27,206 nucleotides of DNA from Chlamydiia bacterium (GCA_049314435.1 JBMOFD010000018.1:1-27206), one strand, 5' to 3'; positions 1 to 9,078 are shown, counted from the stretch's first letter. Made by a program: numbers and translations. The notes: generated by a model from the letters alone, not told the origin.

Positions 1-3000
1 GCCAGCCCGGACATTCTGTTGGACGGTGTGACCACCCTCCGCGACCATGTTGGGCTCCTTATCTCTCTCATCAACAAGCTGGGTCTTGAAGGGACTCAAA
101 AGAGAGTTCAACTGGCTTCCCTTCTTCGCAAGGATCTAGATCCCAGCGAGTTGTCAGACGCCATCTTGATCCTCATGCTCTTCCCTCAGCACCAGTGTGA
201 CGGATGGCCGGCGCCCCTGTCGATCGAGGCGCAAGAGCGCGCTATGCTCACGCTACTTCTACAGGACTCTAGCGATCGTAAGCTGGCCGCCAAACAACTC
301 TATGAACTCTCCCCGTTCTACCGAAAGGCTTTTGAATATCGAGTGGGTCTACTTCAAAGAGGAGACGCTCTTACGGCCGTTGACAGTCAGCAAACTCTAG
401 AGTGGAGTGCTGAGGAGAAGGAGCGCTATCTATTGACTGGAGCGACCTATCTAACCGAGTTGGCCATCCATCCAAACCGATTCAGTCGCTGGAGTGAGCT
501 GGTTTTTGAGCGCTGGAGCGAACTGGTTCTCCTTGGTCTCGATCAGATCACACCAGAGACCCTAGGTGCCTTCGTCCAGAATCACTGGGACTGCTTCCTG
601 CGGTTATGGGAGAGGATGTCGACCGATCAGCAACGTGCGGCAGCTGAGAGGCTTACCTCTCGATCACTCGACCCACAGGATGCTGATCACACCCAGTGGC
701 TGATACAAGATTGGTCTCATCCAGACCATCGCGACCCCAGCTGGATCGGACTCCTTGAGGTTCTCATGGCGAAGCTCCGACCAGGGCTCAGCCAGCAGGC
801 TGCTGAACTGCCCTCCATGACTATCGTGGAAGAAGCTCCTTGTCGCGCAGGTTCCGCGGTACAGCTTGATGAAGCCATTGTTGCGGTGACTATGCCTGAA
901 CAACATGCAGAGCAGTCGGCGCCCGAGCAGTCACCTCTAAGCACGCTTGTTGCAGAAGAAGTCTGCGTCAAAGTAGTCGCGGTTCCAGTGCAGGAGGAGA
1001 GCCCCTCTGCTTCAGCGCCTTCCATGGAAACAATCGGGGCGCCCCAACCAGGCGCTAAGAAGAAGAAGAAGAAGCAGAAACAGCAGCAGCCTGTGGCCGG
1101 CACATCGAGTCCTGTCTCCCCTCCCCAGAAGGAGCTCATAACTCCCGACGCCACAAGTCTAAGCACAGCCCTAGCCTCCAGCGTCAACGGATCTAAGTCG
1201 CTGACCATCCCGAAAGACGCGTCTCTTGCACAGCTTGTAAAGCTCTACTCCACGTCAACGAATCGGAACAGCGATATCACGACGATCGCCAAGGCCCTTC
1301 TGCAGCGCCTTGATACTTGGGATGAAGATACGGACAATGAGTTTGAAACCCTCTTGAGCAACCAGCTGGAGACGTGCCTAGCCATCTTCGTAAAAGCCTT
1401 TGGTCAAGCCCCGCTTCCTAAGAGGAGACAGCTCCTGGACGTCCTATGCAACGAGCTGCTGGGTGCCGGTCCAGCGCGCGCCCAGATCATGAAAGAGATC
1501 TATGAGGCTCACCCGAATAGCCCGCTGGGAATAGAAGCGGCTTGGGAATGGCTCATGAAATCAGAATGGAAAGAGTCTCACCTTGACACCTGTAGAAAAC
1601 TGTGGGCCCCGCCGCAAGATAAGCACCTACGCGAGACGATGAGTCGGATGTTTCGCTTTGTATCCCTTGGCGGGATCTCCGAGCAAGTCCGGGCCCTCGT
1701 TCTCACAGAGTTTCTCCTGACAATAGACGAACTCAGCACCGAAAAAGACTTAAAGACACTCCTAGGATGTCTATCCACTACACTAGGAAGCACGTTTGTC
1801 GCTCTTCATGCGAGGGGGAGTCCGTCGTTCGGTGCTCGACTGGTAGATACGGTCAAAGGCAGCCCTCTCAAAGACACCATAGAGAAGGACTTTGGCGACC
1901 AGCTCCGCACCCTTTCTTCTAGAAAGGATTTGCCAGACCCTGTCTACCATGGTCGTTTCTTGGAAATGCTCACCCTGCTTAAGCTACTAGACTCCAGCGA
2001 AGTGCCCAAATGGCTCCATGCCATGCTGAACCACCGTCCTGACTCTCTGCCGAAATTGCTGAAACCGCTCGCACTGGGCTGGGCCAAGGTATGGCTGCTT
2101 CCCCACAAGTTCAAGATCGCCTGCCAAAAGCCTCTGACACAGCCTAAGCCAGAAGATACAACTGTAGAATGGAAGGAAAGGGCGGATACGTTCGCCCTGG
2201 CTTTGTTGGAACAGAGCGATCTTCTTCTCTCTGTCTGTCAGGTGGCGGTTCGGTCGAAGCAGCTAGATGATTCCGCAGTCGACCTCTGGGCATCGGCCAT
2301 TGTGAAAGCCCTCCATCATTGTGTGAATCAAGAGTTCCCTAGAGAAAAAATACCCCGACAACATGAGCTCATATTCAGGATTCTGGAGGAGCTGAACCGT
2401 CAGGAAGATTCTACCTCTAGAGCCACTGGCATGATGATGTGCTGTGAAGTGGGCTTTATGGTGGCACAGACATTCCAGGATGTGGCCCTGTTTCAAAAAC
2501 TCATTTTGCGACTCGGCGAAGTGCCCTATTGGCGTACACAGAGCATCCAAAAGCCTCTCGGCACTCAATTAACCTTTGATGCGGCCCTTGATCTGATCGC
2601 TCACGCTAAGCGCCTGATGGAGCTCACTGGGAAGCCTGTCTTCCCCTCGGATGATGCCATCGGAGTCAGGGCATCCCTTGGAGTGCTCAAAGCGTTCTTT
2701 TCTGAATTGGAGTACTACCAGAAGGCTTGCGAAGCCATCGAACAATACAAACCATGGAGATCTGCCGAGGAGAGAGAACAATTAGACAAAAAAATATACG
2801 ACTATATAACAGCGCTTTGCAGCAACGAAGCTCTACCAAACCAAATGATTAATTTTAACTGCAAAGCGAGCTCGAATTATGAATTTTTGACCTACATGCA
2901 CGACTATTTCATGCAGTTTATGACAACTGTAGCGCCCCAGATCAATCCATTTCAGGCTAAGGGCACAACTTTTAAAGGGCCTCGTCAGCTATCCGCAGAT

Positions 3001-4332
3001 CCACCGACGAGTGGAGGTGGGGTTGTGCTACAACATCGCACGAATGGGGGTGCGGCCCAAGAGCGGCCTTCTGACGACCACGATGCGGGCGGCTCCTCCT
3101 CAGAGCTGCTTGGCTCCGCATCGACCTGCTTGCTTGCGTATCTCACACAATGGGCGACGCTAGAGAGGCAGGCCGCCTCCCAGCTTCTGGTGACCGATAC
3201 CATCGATGAACCAGAGTCTCATCCTACACGGTTGACATTCCTCGCCCATGGCCTGGGAGGGGCCTCGCTCAACCTGGATGCATTTGTTCGCCTCTGTGAA
3301 GGATCGGTATCGAGGAACTCCGCTAGGGTATGTGAACCCGCTCGGAAGGCCTTTGGCCTTCTTGAAAACGCCGAGCTGCTCCTATTGGTCGGGGCCAAGG
3401 TGGAGGAGGTCGAGGGTACCTACTCTGCTGCTGACCTCATTGGCCCTCTTACCCTGCATTCCCGCGCAGCCGCCATAGACATAGACCCGAGGGTACTAAA
3501 GAGAATGAAGACCTCCCTGAAGGACTTCGCGACGGGACTGGATCCAGTCATCGAGAAGATGTCGATCGATCCATTAGCTTTGAGTGCTTGGGCAAATAGC
3601 ATGATCGTTGCCTACTGTATCTGTGCTGACCAGCACGTGCCCGTCGATCAGATCCCGTCGCTAAGGACCTTGACTAGTCAGCTGTTGGAAAGCCTGTCCA
3701 CGGAAAGCCTAGACACAGCGATGACGACCCGCGTGGCCGGAATCTCTGACTACGTTCGGTTAGCGGTCACTGGAGCTGAAGCTTGCCAAGATCCCGCTTG
3801 GTTCCGAGACACCCTGACAGCTCTACATAAGATCCCTCGGTCTAGACAGTCTCAGGACCCTGTGACGACTGAACTGTCTCTTCTTACATGCATAGAGGTC
3901 ATCACTCGAGCCAAGCGACTCATTGGCGCCGTGGGCTGCCCTCCATCAGAACTACTCCCTCGTATAGATGCGACACAAGCGTATCTACACAGAATGCTCG
4001 ATGAATTTAACTATTTCTATCAGCAACACCTTGCCGCACATGAAGGCAGACCTTCATCCGCCTCTATGACTCGACTGCTCTGCGATATGCAAATGGTTGC
4101 GGCTATTCCACTTCTCTATGGGAAAACAATCGGACTAGAGACAGAGGACACTCAGCCCACACCAGCAAACAGTCTAGTCGATAAGATCGCGGCCCTTCAA
4201 AACTACATCTACGACATCCTCGTCAACGACTTCCAGCTCGACGAGGCGTTCATTGGACGACGACGACTCGGACCCAATCGGGCTGGCCCATCCAATTTCA
4301 GAGATAGATCTTCCTCCGGCGCACCAAAATAG
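1..4332 (+). CDS. Very large hypothetical protein, 5'-truncated by the window edge; mostly helical, candidate secreted effector
   Basis: Frame 1 is open from base 1 (GCC AGC CCG GAC ATT CTG TTG) to TAG at 4330-4332, >1440 codons. Leu-rich helical segments flank Pro/Ser/Gln-rich linkers; KKKKKKQKQQQ at 1057-1089. No family motif recognised. Confidence 0.85.
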   Translation, partial: ASPDILLDGVTTLRDHVGLLISLINKLGLEGTQKRVQLASLLRKDLDPSELSDAILILMLFPQHQCDGWPAPLSIEAQERAMLTLLLQDSSDRKLAAKQLYELSPFYRKAFEYRVGLLQRGDALTAVDSQQTLEWSAEEKERYLLTGATYLTELAIHPNRFSRWSELVFERWSELVLLGLDQITPETLGAFVQNHWDCFLRLWERMSTDQQRAAAERLTSRSLDPQDADHTQWLIQDWSHPDHRDPSWIGLLEVLMAKLRPGLSQQAAELPSMTIVEEAPCRAGSAVQLDEAIVAVTMPEQHAEQSAPEQSPLSTLVAEEVCVKVVAVPVQEESPSASAPSMETIGAPQPGAKKKKKKQKQQQPVAGTSSPVSPPQKELITPDATSLSTALASSVNGSKSLTIPKDASLAQLVKLYSTSTNRNSDITTIAKALLQRLDTWDEDTDNEFETLLSNQLETCLAIFVKAFGQAPLPKRRQLLDVLCNELLGAGPARAQIMKEIYEAHPNSPLGIEAAWEWLMKSEWKESHLDTCRKLWAPPQDKHLRETMSRMFRFVSLGGISEQVRALVLTEFLLTIDELSTEKDLKTLLGCLSTTLGSTFVALHARGSPSFGARLVDTVKGSPLKDTIEKDFGDQLRTLSSRKDLPDPVYHGRFLEMLTLLKLLDSSEVPKWLHAMLNHRPDSLPKLLKPLALGWAKVWLLPHKFKIACQKPLTQPKPEDTTVEWKERADTFALALLEQSDLLLSVCQVAVRSKQLDDSAVDLWASAIVKALHHCVNQEFPREKIPRQHELIFRILEELNRQEDSTSRATGMMMCCEVGFMVAQTFQDVALFQKLILRLGEVPYWRTQSIQKPLGTQLTFDAALDLIAHAKRLMELTGKPVFPSDDAIGVRASLGVLKAFFSELEYYQKACEAIEQYKPWRSAEEREQLDKKIYDYITALCSNEALPNQMINFNCKASSNYEFLTYMHDYFMQFMTTVAPQINPFQAKGTTFKGPRQLSADPPTSGGGVVLQHRTNGGAAQERPSDDHDAGGSSSELLGSASTCLLAYLTQWATLERQAASQLLVTDTIDEPESHPTRLTFLAHGLGGASLNLDAFVRLCEGSVSRNSARVCEPARKAFGLLENAELLLLVGAKVEEVEGTYSAADLIGPLTLHSRAAAIDIDPRVLKRMKTSLKDFATGLDPVIEKMSIDPLALSAWANSMIVAYCICADQHVPVDQIPSLRTLTSQLLESLSTESLDTAMTTRVAGISDYVRLAVTGAEACQDPAWFRDTLTALHKIPRSRQSQDPVTTELSLLTCIEVITRAKRLIGAVGCPPSELLPRIDATQAYLHRMLDEFNYFYQQHLAAHEGRPSSASMTRLLCDMQMVAAIPLLYGKTIGLETEDTQPTPANSLVDKIAALQNYIYDILVNDFQLDEAFIGRRRLGPNRAGPSNFRDRSSSGAPK
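487..528 (+). repeat. Short intragenic duplication encoding RWSELV twice (24-nt period)
   Basis: CGCTGGAGTGAGCTGGTT (487-504) vs CGCTGGAGCGAACTGGTT (511-528); both differences are synonymous third positions. Confidence 0.75.
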
Positions 4333-4354
4333 CCGTTTGGATCGCTTGCTGACA

Positions 4355-4390
4355 GCCGGACCTAAGCAGTCGAATCTGCTTAGGCCCGGC
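4355..4390 (+). terminator. Stem-loop after the large ORF; probable terminator or 3'-end stabiliser
   Basis: GCCGGACCTAAGCAG-TCGAAT-CTGCTTAGGCCCGGC, 15-bp stem with one mismatch, 22 nt after the stop; no strong U-tract. Confidence 0.6.
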
Positions 4391-4465
4391 CACTCTATTG
4401 AGGCATGACAAAGCCTGGATGGAGATTCGGGCCATCTTTAACGGAACAGGGGATCAGCCTGTGTG

Positions 4466-4550
4466 GTGTATTTAATTATTTATAACACACCAAGACAACA
4501 GCGTCTTGTGCTATTATATACTGTATATATTTATATTTTACTTATTATGA
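4466..4550 (+). promoter_or_regulatory. AT-rich putative promoter region for the hydrolase/GT cluster
   Basis: Strongly AT-rich island (TATTTAATTATTTATAAC...TATTATATACTGTATATATTTATATTTTACTTATTAT) in GC-rich DNA with -10-like hexamers (TATACT, TATATT); no unique -35/-10 pair assignable. Confidence 0.5.
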
Positions 4551-4671
4551 CCTTGCGCACAAGCCAGGCTATGCCTTGGCCGCCAATGACTGGACTTGCG
4601 TCTTAGTCGACCTTTGGGGAGGATGCGACCCATCCGCAAGGAAGTCATTCAACGACGCTAGGAGGAGATTC

Positions 4672-5793
4672 ATGCGTTTAGCTCGAGCATTGTGTTTTGG
4701 ACTTGGGATCTGTTGCCTGCGGATGGCCCCCGCCTGCACGGAAGTGCTGCTTCCCCCTGCCACCCAACAATGGGTCTCGATGCGCACCATGGATTATCCC
4801 ATCCCCTTGGGTTCTGAAATGGTCGTTGAACCACGAGGAGAATCCTGGACAAGTACAGCCCCCGCTGGTCGTCGTGGATCTAGCTGGGTCTCTTCCTATG
4901 GCTTTGTCGGGATCAATGCGCTAGGCCTCCGTCACTACACCGATGTATTGAATGAGCACGGACTTTCGGTAGCCACGCTGATTCTTCCTGAAACAGTCTA
5001 TGACTCTGGGGAATCGGATCATCCCTATGTGGAGATCAGCGATGTGGCCACCTATCTGGTGAGCCAATGCAAAAATGTGGCCGAGGTACGGGACTCTTTA
5101 AGTCGAGTGAGAGTATGGGGAGCCAATAATCCTCTATTAGGTGAGACGCCTAAGATTCACCTGGCGATCCATGATGCCCAGGGGGCCTCCATCGTCGTGG
5201 AGTGGATCAATGGGAACATGAACATCCATGAAGATCATCTAGGAGTCTGCACCAATGCACCCGAACTGCCGGCACATTGGCGCAACTTGAGCGACTATGC
5301 TGGGCTCTCTCCAAAGAATGCGCCCAGCTGGTTGGGACCCGAAACGAATGGCAGCGGAATGCGAGGTCTTCCTGGAGACGCCACCTCCACCTCTCGCTTT
5401 GTGCGCATGGCGGTCTTGAAGCGTTACGCCCCTGAAATCACCTCTTCAACACAAGCCAAGCAGCTCGCTTGGCAGTGGATGGGGCTTGTCTGGGTGCCCC
5501 GCGGCATGATCCATTCTCATAGCAGCAGCTACACGCAGTGGGGTGTCGTCAGAGACCATAGCCAGCGCAGCTACGCAATCGTCAGTGATAACAATCGTAC
5601 TGTGCGGTCACTCTCCCTCTCCGACGTCGACTTTTCCCCGGGAGCCGACCGAGTGGTTTGGGACATTGGTTGCGGCCCTACTCATGTAGATCTAGGACAG
5701 CTTCCCGCTAAGCGCAAGCTCTCTTCAAAGGGAGTGACCACGACCGTCAGTTCCCCCGCTACGTCGGTCACCTGCGCGACTCCGGCTGCATAA
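4672..5793 (+). CDS. Secreted linear amide C-N hydrolase (Ntn hydrolase; choloylglycine hydrolase/penicillin V acylase family)
   Basis: Start moved to ATG 4672, which follows AGGAGG. Signal peptide MRLARALCFGLGICCLRMAPA precedes CTEV (N-terminal nucleophile Cys). Family motifs RTMD, NEHGLS, VVEWING, TNAP, GLPGDxxSTSRFVR. Confidence 0.9.
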   Translation: MRLARALCFGLGICCLRMAPACTEVLLPPATQQWVSMRTMDYPIPLGSEMVVEPRGESWTSTAPAGRRGSSWVSSYGFVGINALGLRHYTDVLNEHGLSVATLILPETVYDSGESDHPYVEISDVATYLVSQCKNVAEVRDSLSRVRVWGANNPLLGETPKIHLAIHDAQGASIVVEWINGNMNIHEDHLGVCTNAPELPAHWRNLSDYAGLSPKNAPSWLGPETNGSGMRGLPGDATSTSRFVRMAVLKRYAPEITSSTQAKQLAWQWMGLVWVPRGMIHSHSSSYTQWGVVRDHSQRSYAIVSDNNRTVRSLSLSDVDFSPGADRVVWDIGCGPTHVDLGQLPAKRKLSSKGVTTTVSSPATSVTCATPAA

Positions 5794-5841
5794 GGCTGCT
5801 ATCGACATATCGACAGTAGCTTCCACATCTCCCAACAGATA

Positions 5842-5895
5842 CTAGCTCCACAGAGCCGGCAAAGACTCGCCTGGCCTGTGGAGCTAGCATTTTCT
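5842..5895 (+). terminator. Stem-loop with short U-rich tail between the hydrolase and the first glycosyltransferase
   Basis: CTAGCTCCACAG (5842-5853) and CTGTGGAGCTAG (5876-5887) form a perfect 12-bp outer stem, followed by CATTTTCT. Confidence 0.55.
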
Positions 5896-5920
5896 GGACC
5901 TGGCCGGCATCATCGCCTGC

Positions 5921-6790
5921 ATGCGACGGACTCTAGTTCCCCTACTTTGCACACTCTGTTATGGAGGGCACGCTCAGCTCCCCGCTCCCGCTCAGGGGCT
6001 GGCGATCTGCGCCTGCTTTCAGAACGAGGCTGAGTGGCTCCCAGAATGGATCTGCTACCACAGACTCTTGGGCGTCGACCACTTCTATCTCTACAATCAT
6101 CAGAGCACAGATGACTGGGCCCCTGCACTGGGCCCTTTCATTCAGCGAGGCTGGGTCACGGTCGTTCCCCTACGCTGCCGGGAGTATGCCGGCGTTAACC
6201 AAGAGAACGCCTACACCCGGGCGCTTGCACATCTGAAGGACTTTCAGTGGGTAGCTTTCATCGATGTCGATGAGTTCATTAATGTGAAAAAAGGGATCTC
6301 GCTCAAGGATTGGTTGGGGTCCTTTTATTCCTATGGTGGCGTGGGGATCAATTGGCGTCTTTTTGGAACGTCAAACCTAGCAGAACTCCCTCCCGGTCAG
6401 CTCCTTATCGAAGCGCTGACTCGTTGCTCCGCTCTGTCTTTCAAGGAGAACGAACATGTGAAATCGATCGTCCAGCCTCACCGCGTGACCAAGTGCCTGT
6501 CCGCACACCACTTTTCCTATCGACCACCCTTCTATGCGGTGAATGCCGATAGAGAACGGATAGCCGGCCCCACAAGTTCACCGAAATCGAATGAAGTGCA
6601 GATCAACCATTACTGGACTCGCACCGAGAGCTGGTTTCGTCAGATGAAGCTCCCTCGACGCGCTTCTTTCGGCGAGGATCCGTCTATAAGCTGGCAACGA
6701 GCGGCTGAGTTGAACATCGAGGTGGACATCTCCATCTGTCCCAAGGCTACCGCTCTTCGTCGACTGCTTCAGGAGATCGCAGGTCATTAG
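5921..6790 (+). CDS. Glycosyltransferase family 92 / GT2-like (GT-A fold) protein with N-terminal signal-like sequence, copy 1
   Basis: LAICACFQNEAEWLPEWICYHRLLGVDHFYLYNHQSTD, WVAFIDVDEF (DxD), INWRLFG, KSIVQP, INHYW. Confidence 0.85.
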   Translation: MRRTLVPLLCTLCYGGHAQLPAPAQGLAICACFQNEAEWLPEWICYHRLLGVDHFYLYNHQSTDDWAPALGPFIQRGWVTVVPLRCREYAGVNQENAYTRALAHLKDFQWVAFIDVDEFINVKKGISLKDWLGSFYSYGGVGINWRLFGTSNLAELPPGQLLIEALTRCSALSFKENEHVKSIVQPHRVTKCLSAHHFSYRPPFYAVNADRERIAGPTSSPKSNEVQINHYWTRTESWFRQMKLPRRASFGEDPSISWQRAAELNIEVDISICPKATALRRLLQEIAGH

Positions 6791-6914
6791 GGCGGTCAGC
6801 GACTAGAAACCACTCTCCTTTAGGTCTAGGCGGCCTATCCGATCTCAATTGCGCAAGCTCTCGTGAAGGCCCTATCCTGGCTCCGTTCTGACACAGCATG
6901 TCCGGAGTTCAAAG

Positions 6915-7865
6915 ATGTCCCTGTTTGGCAACACCTCTCGCCCCCTCCTTTCACTCAGTCTCAGCGGACTGCTATTCCTCCATCAAGGGGCGGAGGCCAA
7001 ACGCACTGATCAGCCCCATTATCGGTTAGCCATCTGCACGATTTTCAAGAACGAGGCTCCCTGGCTTCGTGAATGGATTGAGTACCATCGGCTTGTGGGC
7101 GTTGATCATTTCGTACTCTTCAACAATGACAGCACAGATCAGTGGGAAGAGGTCCTGGAGCCCTACATGCAGCGCGGCATCGTTGAGGTGGTGCACTGGC
7201 CCAACCGGGGCACCCCAGATGGCGCTCCCTACTTCTGGGTCTATCACACACAAATTCCCGCTCTCAATGAGGGGGTAAGGCAGCTGAGAAAGTCCGCAGA
7301 TTGGGTGGCTCTCATCGACGTCGATGAATTCCTCGTGCCCGTCACGGCCCCATCTATGACCACTCTACTTGACGAGCTCCTCGCCAAGCAGCCACGTGCA
7401 GGTTGCATCTACCTCAACTGGGTGCGCTATGGTCACAGCAACTGCTATGACCTCGCTCCGGGACAGCTCTTGATCGAGGCCCTTACTCACCGCGCTCCCC
7501 TTCCGTCGCCAGCGGCTTGGGGACAGTCGATCGTTCGTCCTCAGTGTGTACACCCGCTGACCAGCTCGCGACACGCTAGCTCCTGCCAGCTGGGATATCA
7601 CCGCGTCCTAGCTAATGGTCAGAAATGCATGGGCATGTTGGACCAGGACTATTCCGCAGCGTTCATCAACCACTATGAGATCCGCACTCAACGCTACTTT
7701 GAGGAGGTCAAGAGGAAGAAGAAGTTTGCGATGGATGGTTTTGACCATGAGGCCAATGACTGGATGAGCTTTGTGGAGTACACGAACTCCGTAGAGGAGC
7801 CTAACGGGCCCATTCAGAGATGGGCGGCTCCTCTGAGAGAAATTCTGAACCAACCGGTGCATTAG
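6915..7865 (+). CDS. Glycosyltransferase family 92 / GT2-like protein with N-terminal signal-like sequence, copy 2
   Basis: LAICTIFKNEAPWLREWIEYHRLVGVDHFVLFNNDSTD, WVALIDVDEF, LNWVRYG, PGQLLIEALT shared with copy 1, INHY; GGAG upstream of ATG. Confidence 0.85.
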   Translation: MSLFGNTSRPLLSLSLSGLLFLHQGAEAKRTDQPHYRLAICTIFKNEAPWLREWIEYHRLVGVDHFVLFNNDSTDQWEEVLEPYMQRGIVEVVHWPNRGTPDGAPYFWVYHTQIPALNEGVRQLRKSADWVALIDVDEFLVPVTAPSMTTLLDELLAKQPRAGCIYLNWVRYGHSNCYDLAPGQLLIEALTHRAPLPSPAAWGQSIVRPQCVHPLTSSRHASSCQLGYHRVLANGQKCMGMLDQDYSAAFINHYEIRTQRYFEEVKRKKKFAMDGFDHEANDWMSFVEYTNSVEEPNGPIQRWAAPLREILNQPVH

Positions 7866-7953
7866 GCCGACAACAGGCCGTGGACGTTTTGACGTACTTT
7901 TGTGGTCTGGAAAAAACAAGTCAGTAGTAGTCTTTTGGGCAAAAGGAGCGCTC

Positions 7954-8133
7954 ATGACACCCACAGCCCAGATCACTGGAACGGTCCAGGTCCAGATCTA
8001 CGGAAACCTGGCTCTAAACGAGCCAGACGAATTCAAGACTTTGGAAGGTTCGAATGGGGAATCTATAGCGCAGCTCAACATTCTACTGCCCGGAAGTTCC
8101 CCAGCGGTATATCGCTCCCGATTAGGCTTGTAG
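7954..8133 (+). CDS. Small hypothetical protein (59 aa) or gene remnant
   Basis: ATG 7954 preceded by AAGGAG (7943-7948); MTPTAQITGTVQVQIYGNL...YRSRLGL fills the gap before the convergent cyclophilin. Confidence 0.45.
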   Translation: MTPTAQITGTVQVQIYGNLALNEPDEFKTLEGSNGESIAQLNILLPGSSPAVYRSRLGL

Positions 8134-8266
8134 AGACGGTCTCATGTGACCTGACATAGTATCTGAGAATCCATAGATCCGCGTCACAAAGGGAGAGAAG
8201 CCCGCGCCTCCCTCCCCTCCTGACTTCAGGACCAAGTCCTACGAATGGAACTAGTCCCTTATTGAG

Positions 8267-8866
8267 TTAGACGCTAGCACCTTGAACAGGCGCCTTAGCC
8301 TTTTGCACGTGCATCTCTTTGATCACGATCGGCTCTACAGGACGGTCTTGAGGACCGGTCTTTGCAGCCTCGATCTTCTTGAGCGTCTCCATGCCGGTCT
8401 TCACCTTCCCGAAGATGGTATGGCGACCGTTCAGCCAAGCGCAGGGAGCGAAGGTGATGAAGAACTGGCTACCGTTGGTATTGGGTCCAGCATTGGCCAT
8501 CGCCAGGATACCGGCCTGGTCGAAACGCAGCTCAGGTACACATTCATCTTCGAACGATTTTCCAAAGATCGATTTGCCGCCGGCACCTGTGCCTGTGGGA
8601 TCGCCGCCTTGTGCCATAAAGTTCTTAATGACGCGATGGAACGTGATGCCGTTGTAATAGCCCTGCTCTGCCAGCTTGCAGAAGTTCTGGCAGGCTTTGG
8701 GTGCAGCCTTCTCATAGAGCTCCAGCTGAATGGGCCCTTGATTCGTGATCATCTCGACGATCGTGGTCATCTGAATACGTTGCTCCGATGTGGACAGTGG
8801 CTCACCTTGGGCATGGACAGATGCCGCGCATGCCAGCGTACAGAGTGCCGTCAAAATAGTGCGCAT
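8267..8866 (-). CDS. Cyclophilin-type peptidyl-prolyl cis-trans isomerase with signal peptide
   Basis: FHRVIKNFMAQGGDPTGTGAGG, AMANAGPNTNGSQFFIT, WLNGRHTIFGKV; signal peptide MRTILTALCTLACAASVHA; SD AGGAGGT at 8877-8871. Confidence 0.96.
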   Translation of the reverse strand: MRTILTALCTLACAASVHAQGEPLSTSEQRIQMTTIVEMITNQGPIQLELYEKAAPKACQNFCKLAEQGYYNGITFHRVIKNFMAQGGDPTGTGAGGKSIFGKSFEDECVPELRFDQAGILAMANAGPNTNGSQFFITFAPCAWLNGRHTIFGKVKTGMETLKKIEAAKTGPQDRPVEPIVIKEMHVQKAKAPVQGASV

Positions 8867-8994
8867 GATTACCTCCTAACGAGAAAAGGCTACCGATTAC
8901 CCGGCGCCCTGTCCAGTAGAAGTCCTCCGAAGATCAGCCAAGCTGTCCTAGTGACTACCAGCGTTCTGTATCGAACACTGTTATGCGGCCCCAC

Positions 8995-9078
8995 AAAATT
9001 CATCATTACGATATTTGTTTTTTCTGCAGCGCGATACAATGAACTGTATTTTTATAATAAATTATATTTAGAGGCCAA
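8995..9078 (+). promoter_or_regulatory. AT-rich divergent promoter region between the cyclophilin and the 1075-aa ORF
   Basis: TATAAT at 9053-9058, TACAAT at 9035-9040, GAGG at 9071-9074 before ATG 9079; no canonical -35 at 17 bp. Confidence 0.5.

Noticed and set aside
2780..2930. Locally AT-rich stretch within the first ORF as a foreign insert
   Set aside because: The frame is intact, the bias fits Asn/Tyr/Phe/Ile/Lys-rich coding, and there are no boundary repeats.
3130..3300. HEPN-like hint in the first giant ORF (LERQAASQLL...AHGL)
   Set aside because: No RYP-like element follows; too weak to support.
4576..4671. TTG start at 4576 for the hydrolase
   Set aside because: ATG 4672 has an AGGAGG SD and puts the signal peptide at the N-terminus.
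8191..8260. Imperfect hairpins downstream of the cyclophilin
   Set aside because: The stems have several mismatches; they cannot be called confidently.
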